Shown piece by piece: positions 24,184 through 36,725 of a DNA stretch of 64,000 nucleotides. The notes under the pieces are model-generated. The model did no database searches, had not been told where the DNA came from, and was given only the letters and a program-made list of their open reading frames with translations. Both the position numbers and the translations under genes were made by a program. The DNA comes from an uncultured Actinomycetota bacterium. Its GTDB lineage: Bacteria; Actinomycetota; Actinomycetes; Propionibacteriales; Propionibacteriaceae. The DNA lies in assembly GCA_963711185.1 (NCBI GenBank), contig CAVQDD010000018.1, positions 34,893 to 98,892 of the forward strand, in the 5' to 3' direction. Each line of letters begins with the position of its first letter. Within the stretch, counting starts at the first letter, position 1.

Positions 24184-25070
24184 TTAGTACTCGCCGCTAA
24201 GCCGTGCGGCGACGGCCTGTGCCCCGTCCGGCGTCATGATCACCGAGTAGTGGTTGTGGTCGTCGACCATGATCACGTCGAGGTCCGGCAACCGCCGACG
24301 CCACTGCGCGAGCACGTCGGGCGGATAGAGCCCGGGCGTCTGATCGAGCAGTCCGCGCGGCACGACGATCATCGTCAGTCGGGCGGCGCAACCGGTCCAG
24401 GCCCGGGTCGTCGTAGCCGGCGGCGAACTGTTCGCGGGCGTCGGTCATCACGGCCTCGGCCGAGACCGACGACCGCAGGGTCGGGCGGCGCACCGACCAG
24501 GTCGTAGTCCAGGTACGCCTCGAGCGGCCGGGTTCCATCGTCTGCAGGGCCGGGTGCTCTCGCCAGAAGTCCCGATGGTCCTCGATCGAGCTGAAGGTGC
24601 GGGTCAGACGGTGGAGGGCCGGGCCGAGGGTGTCGGCGACGATCCGGTCGACGTCGGCGTCGGGACCGACGACGAACGGCAGTCCGCCGTCGACCAGGGT
24701 GACCTCGGTGACGAGCTCCGGATGCCGGGCGGCGAACTCGACGGCCACGAAGCCGCCCATCGAATGACCGACGACCGGCAGCGCTCCGGCGTCGAAGCGT
24801 TCGACGACCGCGGCCAGATCCGCTGCGTGGGCGGCCATCCCGTACGGGCCGGGCAACTCGCCACTCCGCCCGCGGCCCCGGAGGTCAGGCGCGATGATCC
24901 GGACCTGCGGCAGCTCGTCGGCGACCGACTGCCAGGCCAGGTGGTTCGCGGTGATCCCGTGCACGGCCAGCACCGTGCTGGTCGGCGAACGGATTCCAGA
25001 CCCCCACGGCCAGCCGACCGCCGGCCACCTCGACCTCGGCGCGGTGATAGCGCGGGACCGGCGTGATCAG
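24184..25070 (-). CDS. Alpha/beta hydrolase (start approximate)
   Basis: VHGITAN; PDLRGRGRS; GHSMGG nucleophile elbow; NHYS. Confidence 0.85.
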
Positions 25071-26450
25071 GATCGTCCCGGGTCCGGGTGCCCGCTCGCG
25101 ACCAGGCGTTCGAGTCCAGCGTGCAGGTGCGGGATGACGGCTTCGGACTCCGGCTTCATGATCACGCTGCGCAGGATCCGGCCGGTCGGGGCGTCGACGG
25201 TGACCTGGTGGCCGCGCCGGGCCAGGGCGTCGGGGGTGACGGTGTAGGTGGCGACGAAGATCGACTCCGCCGGCGGCGGGGCCATCCCGGCCGACGAGCA
25301 CGTGGGCCGACAACCGATCGATCTCGGTCAAGCGGCCCGGCGGCCGGGAAGTAGCTGAGGATGTCCAGTTCGGGCGGCTGGTAGAGCCGGAGCGCGTCGG
25401 ATTCCTTGATCAACTCCGCCCAGGCCAGCGCCGCCCGTCGACCGGGCCGCAGCACCTGACCGAGACCGGCGGCGGTCGGCGGCAGCAGCCGGAAGGTCAG
25501 CCACAGCGCGGCGGCGGCCGCGCCGGCCCGCGAGCACTCCAACGAGATCTCGCCCAGGTGCAATTCGTCGGAGGTGAAGTAGGTGTAGGGCGAATCGTGC
25601 AGATAGTGCTGGGCCACCCGCGGGTCGGCGAAGATCACCGCGCCGCAGCCGTAGGGCTGCAACCCGTGCTTGTGCGGGTCGATCACCACCGAATCGGCCT
25701 GGGCGATCGCGGCGAACGGTGCCGCGAGCCACCCCGTCGGCCGTGTCGTCGGCGATCACGGTGAAGAAGCCGCCGTACGCGGCGTCGATGTGGACCCGGG
25801 CGCCGTAGCTGCGGCACAACGGCACGGCCTGGTCGATCGGGTCGATCGCCCCGAGTCCGGTGGTGCCGGCGGTCAGCACGACGGTGCCGACGTCGCCGGT
25901 CCGCAGCGGCGATCTCCAGACGCGTCCAGGTCCATCCGGCCGGCCGCGTCGGTCGGCACCGCGGTAGGCCGGAATGCCGAGCAGATGGCTCATCCGGCCG
26001 TGCGTGTAGTGCGCGTCGGCGCTGTGCGGCGATTCCCTTGCCCGGATGGGTTTCCCGGGCGATGAACAGGGCCTCGAGATTGGCGATCGTGCCGCTGCTG
26101 GTCAGATGACCGAGATGATCACCGAAGCCGAACATCCCGGCCAGTTGCGGCGACGACCTCCTTCTCCATGCCGCGCGGTCGCCGGCCCGCCGTCCAGCGC
26201 GTGGTTGTTCGGATTGATCAACATCGCCGACAGGTAGCCGACGATCGGCCGCCGGGTGGGGCGGCTTGAGCATCTGGCCGACGTAGCGCGGATGGAAGAA
26301 CGGGTAGTTGTTCCGCAACCGGTCGAGCAACTCAGGCTGCGCGGCGGCGAAATCCGACGGATCGACCGCCATCGAGGGATGGATCGCGAACGCGCCGTAT
26401 TCGGCCATCCAGTCCTGGATGGCCGAGACGCGACGCCGCCAGTTGCTCGA
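25067..26450 (-). CDS. PLP-dependent group II decarboxylase-like protein (start approximate)
   Basis: [18 protein letters not shown]; [12 protein letters not shown]; HIDAAYGG; DPHKHG; LECSR. Confidence 0.85.
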
Positions 26451-26456
26451 GTCAGC

Positions 26457-27922
26457 TCAGAGCTTGATGCCGACATACTTGGTTTCCAGGTACTCCTCGA
26501 TGCCCTCGGCGCCGCCCTCGCGACCCAGACCCGAGGCCTTGACCCCGCCGAACGGCGCGGCCGGGTTGGACACGATGCCCTGGTTGATCGCGACCATGCC
26601 GGTCTGCAGACCCTCGGCCACCCGGATGCGCCCGGGTCAGGTTCTGGGTGAACGCGTACGCGACCAGGCCGTACTCGGTGTCGTTGGCCATGGCCAGACC
26701 CTCGTCGTCGTCGGCGAACGTGCTGATCGGCGCGACCGGGCCGAAGATCTCCTCCCGGAAGATCTTGGCCTGGGTCGGCACGCCGGTCAGCACGGTCGGC
26801 CGGTAGAAGTAGCCGGCCCGGTCCAGCCGCTCGCCGCCGGTCAGCACGTCGGCGCCGTGCTCGACCGCGTCGCCGACCAGTTCGGTGACCTTGTCGATCG
26901 GCGCTCTGGTCGATCAGCGGCCCGACCTTGACCCCGTCCTCGATGCCCGGCCGACGGTCAGCTCGCCCATCCGGGCGGCGAACCGGGCGGCGAACTCCTC
27001 GGCCACCGACTCGTGCACGATGAACCGGTTGGCCGCGGTGCAGGCCTCGCCGATGTTGCGCATCTTGGCCAGCATCGCGCCCTCCACCGCGGCGTCCAGA
27101 TCGGCGTCGGCGAAGACCAGGAACGGCGCGTTGCCGCCCAGTTCCATCGAGATCTTCAGCACCTGCTGGGCCGACTGCTCGATCAGCCGCTGGCCGACCC
27201 CGGTCGACCCGGTGAAGGTGAGCTTGCGCAGCCGCGGGTCGGCGATGATCGGCGCCGAGACCGCGCCGGAGTGCGACGTGGTGATCACGTTGACCACCCC
27301 GTCCGGCAAGCCGGCCTCGGCCAGGATGGCCGCCAGGGCGAGGGTGGTCAGCGGGGTCTGGGCGGCCGGCTTGATCACCACGGTGCAGCCGGCGGCCAGC
27401 GCGGGCCCGATCTTGCGGGTGCCCATGGCCAGCGGGAAGTTCCATGGCGTGATCGCGAAGACCGGTCCGACCGGCTGCTTCATGGTCAGCAGCCGGGTGC
27501 CGCCGCTCGGCGCGATGGAGTATCGCCCGGCGATCCGAACGGACTCTTCGGAGAACCACCGCAGGAACTCCGCCCCGTACGTCAGCTCGGCCTGGGATTC
27601 GGCGAGCGGCTTGCCCATCTCGAGGGTCATCAGCAAGGAGATGTCGTCCTTGCGCTCGACCAGCAGCTCGAACGCCTTGCGGAGGATCTCGCCGCGCGCC
27701 CGGGGGTCGGTGGCCGCCCACTCGGACTGGACACCGGCGGCGGCGTCCAGCGCCTCGATCCCCTGCGCGGGCGTGGCATCGGCGACGGCGCACAGCGGCT
27801 CGCCGGTGGCCGGGTTCTCGACCTTCAGGGTGTCCGCCGTCGAGACCTGCTGTCCGTTGATCAACAGGTCCTTGGGCACCGCCGTCGAGGACCCGGGTGA
27901 TGTCGGCGTCGGTGATGCTCAT
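26457..27922 (-). CDS. gabD: NAD(P)-dependent succinate-semialdehyde dehydrogenase
   Basis: ITPWNFP; FTGST; MELGGNAP; GEACTAAN; EEIFGP; PFGGVK; follows gabT. Confidence 0.88.
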
Positions 27923-27924
27923 GA

Positions 27925-29287
27925 TCAAGATCCTCCGAGGAGCGAATCGATGACGGACTCGAGGATGTCGAGGCCTTCGGTCAACAGGTCGTGTCCGATC
28001 ACCAGGGGCGGCAGGAAGCGCAGCACATTGCCGTTGGTTCCCGCCGTCAGCACGACCAGGCCCTCGGCGTGGCACGCCGCGGGCGATCTGTCCGGTCAGC
28101 GCCGCGTCGGGCCGACCGGTGTCGGGATCGACGAGTTCGATCGCGACCATCGCACCCCGGCCGCGCAGGTCACCGATCGCCGGATACCGGCTGCGCAGCG
28201 CGCTCAGCCGGTCGATCATGATCATCTCGATCGCGCCGGCCGCCGCCGGGAGGTCGAGTTCGCGCATGGTCGCGATCGCCCCCAGGGCTGCGGCACAGGC
28301 GACCGGGTTCCCGCCGTACGTACCGCCCAGGCCACCGGCGTGCACGGCATCCATCACCTCGGCGCGGCCGGTGACCCCGGCCAGTGGCAGTCCGCCCGCC
28401 ATCCCCTTGGCCGTGGTGACCAGATCGGGCACGATGCCCTCGTGCTCGCAGGCGAACCACTCGCCCGTCCGGCAGAAGCCGGTCTGGATCTCGTCGGCGA
28501 TGAACAGGATCTCGTTGGCCCGGCACCAGTCGGCGATCGCCGGCAGGAAGCCCGGCGCCGGGACGACGAATCCACCTTCACCCTGGATCGGTTCGATGAT
28601 CACCGCCGCGACGTTGCCGGCGCCGACCTGACTGGTGATCATCTCGATGGCCCGGGCGGCGGCCGGCGGGGCCGTCGAGTCCGTCGCGGAACGGGATAGG
28701 ACATCGGGGCCCGGTAGATCTCGCCGGCGAACGGCCCGAAGCCTTCTTTGTAGGGCATGTTCTTGGCGGTCAGGGCCATGGTCAGGTTGGTCCGGCCGTG
28801 GTAGGCGTGATCGAACGCGACGACGGCGTTCCGGCCGGTGGCCAGCCGGGCGATCTTGATCGCGTTCTCCACCGCCTCGGCGCCGGAGTTGAACAGGGCC
28901 GACTTCTTGGCGTGATCACCCGGGGTCAGCTCGGCCAGCAGCTCGCAGACCTCGACGTAGCCCGCGTACGGGGTGACCATGAAGCAGGTGTGGGTGAACG
29001 CCGCCACCTGCTCGCTGACCGCGGCGACCACGGCCGGGGCGGCATTGCCGACCGAGGTGACGGCGATGCCCGAGCCGAAGTCGATCAGCGAGTTGCCGTC
29101 GACGTCGACCAGGATGCCGCCGCCGGCCCGTTCGATGAAGACCGGCGAAGGTGGTCCCGACCCCGGCCGACACCGCGGCGTTGCGGCGTTCCGACAGCGC
29201 CCGGGACCGGGGACCCGGCAGCTCGGTGACGATCTGTCGGGCCTGGACGAGTCCATCGCTCGTCGCGATGTCGGTCAGCGTGGACAT
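27925..29287 (-). CDS. gabT: 4-aminobutyrate--2-oxoglutarate transaminase
   Basis: IDFGSGIAV; FTHTCF; NSGAEAVENA; YHGRT; EPIQGEGG; DEIQTG; AKGMAGG. Confidence 0.92.
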
Positions 29288-29467
29288 GGTGGTTCCTCCG
29301 GTTCGTCGCTGTCGTGCTCAGTCTGGCCCCGGAATCGCTGGACGCCACAGGTGGCCCCGGCACTGACGACCTCAGACCCCCGCCATCCCCTCAGACCCTC
29401 TGCACGGGGTCCGGGACGTTCACAGGGGTCCGGGGACGCCGAGGAGCCCGGTGCGGGGTCGATGCGG

Positions 29468-30165
29468 TCACGAAACGGCCACCGCATCGAGGAACCCGTC
29501 GACCAGGCGATGGCAGCCCGGACGGCTGTCGACGCTGAACCGCTCGGTCTGGTCGAGCAACTGCTGCGGATCGAGGCCGAGCGCCCGGACCTCGGCTTCG
29601 CCGCCGTTGTCCAGCCAACCGGCCAGGATCTCGGGGGTGATCTCCGGATGGAACTGCACGGCCAGATTCCGATTGAGTCGGAAAGCCTGGGAGGTGACCA
29701 GGTTGCGGCCGAGTTCGGTCGCCTCCGGCGGCAGCCGCCAACCGTCGTAGTGCCACTGGAACCACGGGCCGTCCGGGATCAGGTCGTTGTAGGCGTGACG
29801 TCGTACCAACCGACCTCCGGCACCTCGCCCGGGCGACCGATCCGCCGTGCGCGGCGGCCAGCAACTGTCCGCCGAAGCAGATGCCGAGTACCGGTACGTC
29901 GGCGGCGTCGGCCTGCCGCAGCAGATCCAGCTCGGGCAGCACCCAGCTGGCGATCGCCGGATCGTACGCGGCCCACGGCGAGCCGAGGGGGACGAGGAGA
30001 TCGAAGGCGGTGGGATCGGGAAAGTCGGCGGCGACGCCGGGATCGTGGTGCCGGTCCTCGGGCACGACCTGGTGGATGACCAACTCGTAGCCGCGTCTCG
30101 ACCAGTCGCTCGCCGACGAAGCCCGGCCGGCAGAGGTGGTCGTGCTGGATGATCAAGGCGCGCAC
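29468..30165 (-). CDS. Class I glutamine amidotransferase-like protein
   Basis: IIQHD; PVLGICFGGQLL; FQWHYD; AVQFHPE. Confidence 0.88.
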
Positions 30166-30174
30166 GGCGGCAGC

Positions 30175-30934
30175 CTAGTAGCGGCACTACTGTCGCGCTT
30201 CGACCTCGAGGGTCCAGCCGGCACCGGGCCGGAGCGGGTCGAGCAGCCGGACCGCGAAATGCTTCGGCGACCGCGTCGCGGAGGGCGCCGACCGTCCGCG
30301 GCGGCCGACCGGCACGGGTCAGCAGATGCCGGGCGACCAGTCCACGGGTGTGCTTGGCGGCATGGGAGACGACCTTCCCGCCGGACAGCACCCGGACCGC
30401 TGCCGTCCGACCCGCGGTCTCGGCGTCCGGCACCCAGGCGGCCGCGTACGTGCTCGATCGGCAGTCGACCACCACCCCGGTCGGCCGCAGCGCCTCGGTC
30501 AGGTGCGGGCGCCAGAATCCGGCCAGCGCACCGACCCCGGGCAGATCGGTGCCCATCGACAACCGGTAGCCGGGGATCCGGTCGCGCGGGGTGAGTACGC
30601 CCCACAGCGCCGAGGCGATCAGCACCCGGCGGGCGGCCGACGCGGGCAGGCTGGGCAGGTCGAGGGCGTCGTAGAGGACGCCGGTGTAGATCCGATCGGC
30701 CCGCGCGGTCGGGCCGGGTCCGCAGGCCGGTGTTGTCCGCGACCACCGACGCCAGGCTGGCGCCGGCCCCCAACACCGTCGGCGCGTCCGGCCAGCGGGA
30801 GACCTCGATCAGGTGGTCCAGGACGAACTCCCGGGCCGCCGTCAACTGCGGATGGGTCAACCCCTCCAGCCGGACCGGCGTTCCCCGACGAGGTCCCGCC
30901 CACTTGGTCTCCGAAGGTGGCAACAGCACGAGCA
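30175..30934 (-). CDS. yaaA: Peroxide stress protein YaaA family
   Basis: VLLPPSETK; YTGVLYDAL; SALWG...IPGYRLS; VDCRS; VSHAAKHTRG. Confidence 0.85.
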
Positions 30935-30946
30935 CGACGGGCGAGC

Positions 30947-31454
30947 CTACTGGCGCCGAGCGGGAGGGCCCGACCATCAGGCTCGGTGGACCAGCGGATC
31001 TCGCCGTCGACCACGGATCGAGGTCGGCTGCAGACCCAGGCCGCGGCGACCCGTTCGGACGGTGGGTGACCGGGCTGGATGTGGGCGACGAACACCTCGA
31101 TTCCCTCAGCCCTCAGGACAGCCATCGCCGACCGGGCCGCCGCGGTCGCATAGCCCCGGCCCTGCCAGGCCAAGCCGATCACCCAGGCCAGTTCGGCCTC
31201 GGGCCGGTGATCCGGCGCGTCCGCACCGTCGCCTGCACGTAGCCGACGGGTTGTCGATCGACGGCGACGATCCAGTTTCGCCACTGTTCCGAGCCGTCGG
31301 CCGGGCCGCCCTGGACTTGGCGCCGGTAGCGCTCGCGCAGGTCCTCGAGGGTCGGCGGCTCGCCGCCGATCACCGCGTAGAGCGCGGGATCGGCCAGCAC
31401 CTCGACCATCGTCTCGGCATGATCGACGGTCAGCGGGACGAGGGTGATCGTCAC
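30947..31454 (-). CDS. GNAT family N-acetyltransferase
   Basis: VGYVQAT; AELAWVIG..WQGRGYA; AHIQPGHPPSERVA. Confidence 0.82.
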
Positions 31455-31974
31455 GGCGTCAGCCACCACGCCGTACCGGCGCGTCCCGTCCCAGCGCCGG
31501 CACTGCCGGACGCGAGCGGCCAGGTCGGCCGACCGCTCCCCGAGCACGGCCAGAGCGGCGCCGACCTGATCGGTGGCATCCGCCGGGCCAGGGTGACGTG
31601 CGGGCTCCACCGGCCCGGTCCGAAGGTGCCCGCCGGGTCGGCCCGGCAGACCGTGGTCACCGCCGCCTGCAGTTCGAGCAGTCGGCCGACGGCACGACCT
31701 GCCGGACCAGGACGCATCTCCCCTTTCGCGGCCCGAAGACCATCGGCGCCCCGATCATCACGGTCAGGTCGAGATCGGCCATCACCTCAAACAGCGCCTC
31801 CTCGGCCTCGGCCGGGATGGCCTCCCCCGCGTACACCGTGATGTGCGGTCGATGATGCTCATCAGGTTGGGCCCGCAAGGAACTCGGCAGCCCGGCATCG
31901 GCCAGCGCGTGCCACTCGGCCAGCAGCTGATCCTCGGCCGCCGCATCCAGGATCAACTCGACGCTCTGAGCCAT
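31451..31974 (-). CDS. 2H phosphoesterase / 2'-5' RNA ligase family protein
   Basis: MAQSVELILD; two HxT motifs (RPHIT, SPHVT). Confidence 0.82.
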
Positions 31975-32016
31975 GGGCTCATTTTGCGCAGGTGGCTGCC
32001 GATGCGGCTACCTCCG

Positions 32017-32099
32017 CCCTTCGACGGGCTCGGGGCACGTTTCTACCGTCGACCTCAGCGAAGCATGATCCACAAACGCGGCCTGACCTTGTCCAAGGC
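32017..32099. repeat. Degenerate inverted pair of REP-like units
   Basis: cccttcgacgggctcggggc and cctgaccttgtccaaggc. Confidence 0.55.
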
Positions 32100-32143
32100 C
32101 CAGCCGTCACCTACGACAGCGCCGTCTGGCGCGAGCGGTGAGC

Positions 32144-33118
32144 TCAGAAAAGTAAGGGATCTACGGCGGCTGCGATGAAGACCAGGGCCAGGTAGGAATT
32201 CGACCAGTGGAAGAGCCGCATGGGCTTGAGGGCGGCGTCGGTCAGGCCGCGGGAGGCGCGCAGCCAGAGCTGGCCGGCTTCCCACAGGAAGGCGGCGCCG
32301 AGGACTCCGGCGACCAGCGGGTAGAGCCAGCCGGTGCCGGCGATCGGCCAGAGGGCCAGCGACGCGGCCACGGTGAGCACGGAGTAGATCATGATCTGGC
32401 CGGCCGACCACCGGGGCCGATCGGACCACCGGCAGCATCGGGACTTCGGCCGCCGCGTAGTCCTCGCGGTAGCGGATGGCCAGCGCCCAGGTGTGCGGCG
32501 GGGTCCACAGGAAGACGATCAGGAACAGGACGAAGGGCACCAGCGAGATCGACCCGGTGACCGCGGTCCAGCCGATCAGCGGCGGGAAGCAGCCGGCGAT
32601 CCCGCCCCAGACGATGTTCTGCGACGGTCCGTCGCTTCAGCCACAGGGTGTAGACGAAGATGTAGAAGGCGTTGGCCCCGAGCGCCAGACCGGCCGACAA
32701 CCAGTTGACGAAGACGCCGAGCCAGAGCGTCGCGGCGATCCCCAGGATGACGGCGAAGATCGTTGCCGCCCGGGGCGCGACCGCGTGCCGGGGCAGCGGA
32801 CGACGGCGGGTCCGGCGCATCCGCTCGTCGATGTCGCGGTCGAGCACGCAGTTCAAGGCGTTGGCACTGGCGGCGGCCAAACAGCCGCCGATCATGGTGT
32901 TGAGCACCAGCAGCAGCGGCGGCACCCCGCCGGCGGCCAGGAACATCGCCGGCACCGTGGTGACCAGCAGCAGTTCGATGATGCGCGGCTTGGTCAGCCC
33001 GACGTAGGCGGAGACGACATCGCGGATACCGACCGTTGAGTCGAGCGCGATCGTCGGCGGCGCCGTACGGGTGTTCGGAGAACTCCCCCACCCGCCCCGG
33101 CACGTCGATGCTCGTCAC
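32144..33118 (-). CDS. ctaB: Heme o synthase (protoheme IX farnesyltransferase)
   Basis: [11 protein letters not shown]; [15 protein letters not shown]; WTPPHTWAL; LFHWSNSYL. Confidence 0.92.
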
Positions 33119-33326
33119 GAGAGGTGAGTCTAGGGGGCGATCGGCGGTACACACGCCCGTACGCGGCCGGAGTGTCCGACCGGAGAGTCGCGACCGGTCT
33201 CCGGGGTGAATCGCGGAGGCGCAGCCTCGCGGCGATCCATTCCAGGGGGGACCTTCAGCGCACCGAGGCCCACCGATAGGCTCGCGAGATCGACCGCTGC
33301 CGTGCTGTGAAAGGGCGTCCTTCACT

Positions 33327-35527
33327 GTGACCGAAACCTCGACCTCCAGCGCTCGTGCCCGAGGGCTGGACCGAACTCGACTCGCGTGCGGTGGACACCG
33401 TCCGGGTGTTGGCCGCCGACGCCGTCCAGAAGGTCGGCAACGGCCACCCCGGCACCGCGATCAGTCTGGCCCCGGTCGCGTACCTGCTGTTCCAGAAGAT
33501 GATGACGGCACAACCCGGCCGAGCCGCACTGGCCCGGCCGCGACCGCTTCGTGCTGTCCTGCGGCCACTCGAGCATCACCCTCTACATCCAGCTCTACCT
33601 CGGCGGTTGGGGCCTCGAGCTCGACGACCTCAAGGCCCTGCGGACCTGGGACTCCAAGACCCCCGGCCACCCGGAGTACGGCCACACCAAGGGCGTGGAG
33701 ATCACCACCGGCCCGCTGGGTCAGGGCATCGCCAACGCGGTCGGGATGGCCATGGCCGCCCGCCGCGAGCGCGGCCTGCTCGATCCCGACGCCGCGCCGG
33801 GTGAGTCGGTGTTCGACCACCACATCTACTGCCTGGCCTCCGACGGCGACATCGAGGAAGGCATCTCCTCCGAGGCCTCCTCGCTGGCCGGCACGCAGCG
33901 GCTGAGCAACCTGACCCTGATCTACGACCGCAACTTCATCTCGATCGAGGGCGACACCAACATCGCCCTGACCGAGGACACCGCGGCCCGCTACCGGGCG
34001 TACGGCTGGAACGTCATCGAGGTCGACTGGCTCGAGGGCGGCGAGTACGTCGAGAACGTCAGGGCTCTCCAGGACGCGATCGAGGAGGGCAAGAAGGTCA
34101 CCGACCAGCCGACCTTCATCCAGCTCCGGACGATCATCGCCTGGCCGTCGCCCAACGCGCAGAACACCGAGGCCGCCCACGGCAGCGCGCTCGGCAAGGA
34201 CGAGGTCGCCGCGCTGAAGGAGGTGCTCGGCTTCGATCCGGAGCAGAGCTTCGAGGTCAGCGACGAGGTGATCGGCCACACCCGCGAGTTGCTGACCCGC
34301 GGCGCCGAGGCCCAGGCCGACTGGCAGACCCGCTACGACGCCTGGGCCGAGACCAATCCCGAGGGCAAGGCGCTCTACGAGCGACTGGTGGCCGACGAGC
34401 TGTCGCCGGGTTGGGAGGACGCGCTGCCGACCTGGGACGCCGATCCGAAGGGGGTCGCGACCCGCGCGGCGTCCGGCTCGGTGCTCACCGCACTCGCCCC
34501 GGTGATGCCCGAGCTGTGGGGCGGCTCGGCCGACCTCGCCGGCTCGAACAACACCACCCCGAAGGGCCAGCCGAGCTTCCTGCCGGCGGATCGGCAGAGC
34601 CACGAGTTCAAGGGCGGCCCGTACGGCCGGGTGCTGCACTTCGGCATCCGCGAGCACGCCATGGGCGCGATCATGAACGGCATCAAGGTGCACGGCGGGA
34701 CGCCGCCCGTACGGCGGCACCTTCCTGACCTTCTCCGACTACATGCGCGGCGCGGTCCGGCTGTCGGCCCTGATGCGGGTCCCGGTCACCTACGTCTGGA
34801 CCCACGACTCGATCGGCCTCGGCGAGGACGGTCCGACCCACCAGCCGATCGAGCACGTCGCCTCGCTGCGGCTGATCCCCGGCCTGGACGTCGTCCGGCC
34901 CTCCGACGCCAACGAGACCTCCGCCGCCTGGGCGCAGATCCTGCGCGAACAAGGACCGGCCGGCCGGCCTGATCCTGTCCCGGCAGAATCTGCCGATCGT
35001 GCCGCGGGGCACCGACGGCTACGCCGACATCAACGGGGTGGCCAAGGGCGCGTACGTGCTCAAGGACTTCGGTGACGGCGAGGGCGACATCGTCATCTTG
35101 ATCGGCACCGGATCCGAGGTGCAGTACTGCGTCAGTGCCGCCGAGAAGCTGGCCGAGGAAGGCATCAGCGCCCGGGTGGTGTCGATGCCGTGCCGCGAAT
35201 GGTTCGACGAGCAGGACCAGGACTACCGCGATTCGGTGATCCCGCCGACCGTCCGGGCCCGGGTCAGCATCGAGGCCGGGGTCGAGCGCCGGCTGGCGCG
35301 ACCTGGTCGGCGACGCCGGCAAGATCATCTGCATCGAGCACTACGGTGCGAGCGCCGCGGGGGCGAAGCTCTTCGAGGAGTTCGGCTTCAGCGCCGAGAC
35401 CGTGGCCGAGGCCGCCCGACAGAGCCTGGCCGCCGTCGGGGGCGACAGCGCCTCGACCCACACCGCCGCGAGCGGTCCCAAGGGACCGGCCGATCTCGAA
35501 GACGACCCGGGCGTCACGATCAACTAA
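33327..35527 (+). CDS. tkt: Transketolase
   Basis: GNGHPG; LSCGHSS; TPGHPE; TTGPLGQG; SDGDIEEG; FGIREHAM; [16 protein letters not shown]. Confidence 0.96.
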
Positions 35528-35560
35528 CCACTGCTCCCCCAAGCACAGAAGGAATCAAGC

Positions 35561-36725
35561 ATGAGCGATCGACTGAAGGCCCTCGCCGCCGAAGGCGTCT
35601 CCATCTGGCTCGACGACCTGTCCCGCGATCGGATCCAGTCGGGCAACCTGGCCGAACTGGTCGCCGATTCGTCGGTCACCGGGGTGACGACCAACCCGAC
35701 GATCTTCGCCGCCGCGCTGGCCAAGGGTGAGCGCCTACAACGAGCAGATCAAGGAACTCGCCGCCCGCGACTCCAGCGTCGAGGACACCATCAAGGCGTT
35801 GACCAGCGACGACGTCCGCGACGCCTGCGACATCTTCGCCGCCACCTACGCCGCGTCCAACGGGGTCGACGGTCGGGTGTCGATCGAGGTCGAGCCGGGT
35901 CTGGCCATGGACACCGAGGGCACCACGGCGCAGGCCGCCGATCTGTACAAGATCGTCGACCGGCCCAACGTGCTGATCAAGATCCCGGCGACCAAGCCCG
36001 GTCTGCCGGCGATCACCGCGACCATCGCCGAGGGCATCAGTGTGAACGTGACGCTGATCTTCTCCCTCGAGCGCTACCGCGGCGTGATCGACGCCTATCT
36101 GACCGGTCTCGAGCAGGCGGCGGCCAACGGCCACGACCTGAGCAAGATCCTCTCGGTCGCGTCGTTCTTCGTCTCCCGGGTCGATGCCGAGATCGACAAG
36201 CGACTCGACGCCATCGGCAGCGACGAGGCCAAGGCGCTGAAGGGCAAGGCGGCGATCGCCAACGCCCGGCTGGCCTACGCGTTGTACGAGGAGGAGTTCA
36301 GCTCGGAGCGGTTCGCGGCGCTGGAAGCCCAGGGCGCGCATCGCCAGCGTCCGCTGTGGGCGTCCACCGGGGTCAAGGATCCGGCCTACTCCGACACCAT
36401 GTACGTCACCGATCTGGTGGTGGCCAACACGGTGAACACCATGCCGGAGAAGACCATGCAGGCCTTCGCCGATCACGGTGAGCTGAACGGCGATCAGGTC
36501 AGCGGCACCGAGGGCGAGGCCCAGCAGGTGCTCGATGATCTTGCTGAGGTCGGCATCAGCTACGACGAGGTGGTCGACGTGCTGGAGCGCGAAGGCGTGG
36601 AGAAGTTCGACGCCTCGTGGGCCGAGCTGGTCCAGACGGTGCAGACCGCGCTGGACGACGCCGCCAAGGGATCCGACGACCCGGGCGAGAGCGCGCCGGA
36701 CCCGGACGGGAAACCGGAAGCCTGA
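35561..36725 (+). CDS. tal: Transaldolase
   Basis: SIWLDDLSR; GVTTNPTIF; IKIPAT; SVASFFVSR; QRPLWASTG. Confidence 0.95.

Noticed and set aside
26102-28642. 846-aa GabT-GabD fusion
   Set aside because: The ORF leaves the GabT frame and is nonsense through most of gabD; frameshift artefact
29360-29465. Riboswitch upstream of gabT
   Set aside because: Only loose gacccc/ggggtc complementarity; no recognisable aptamer consensus
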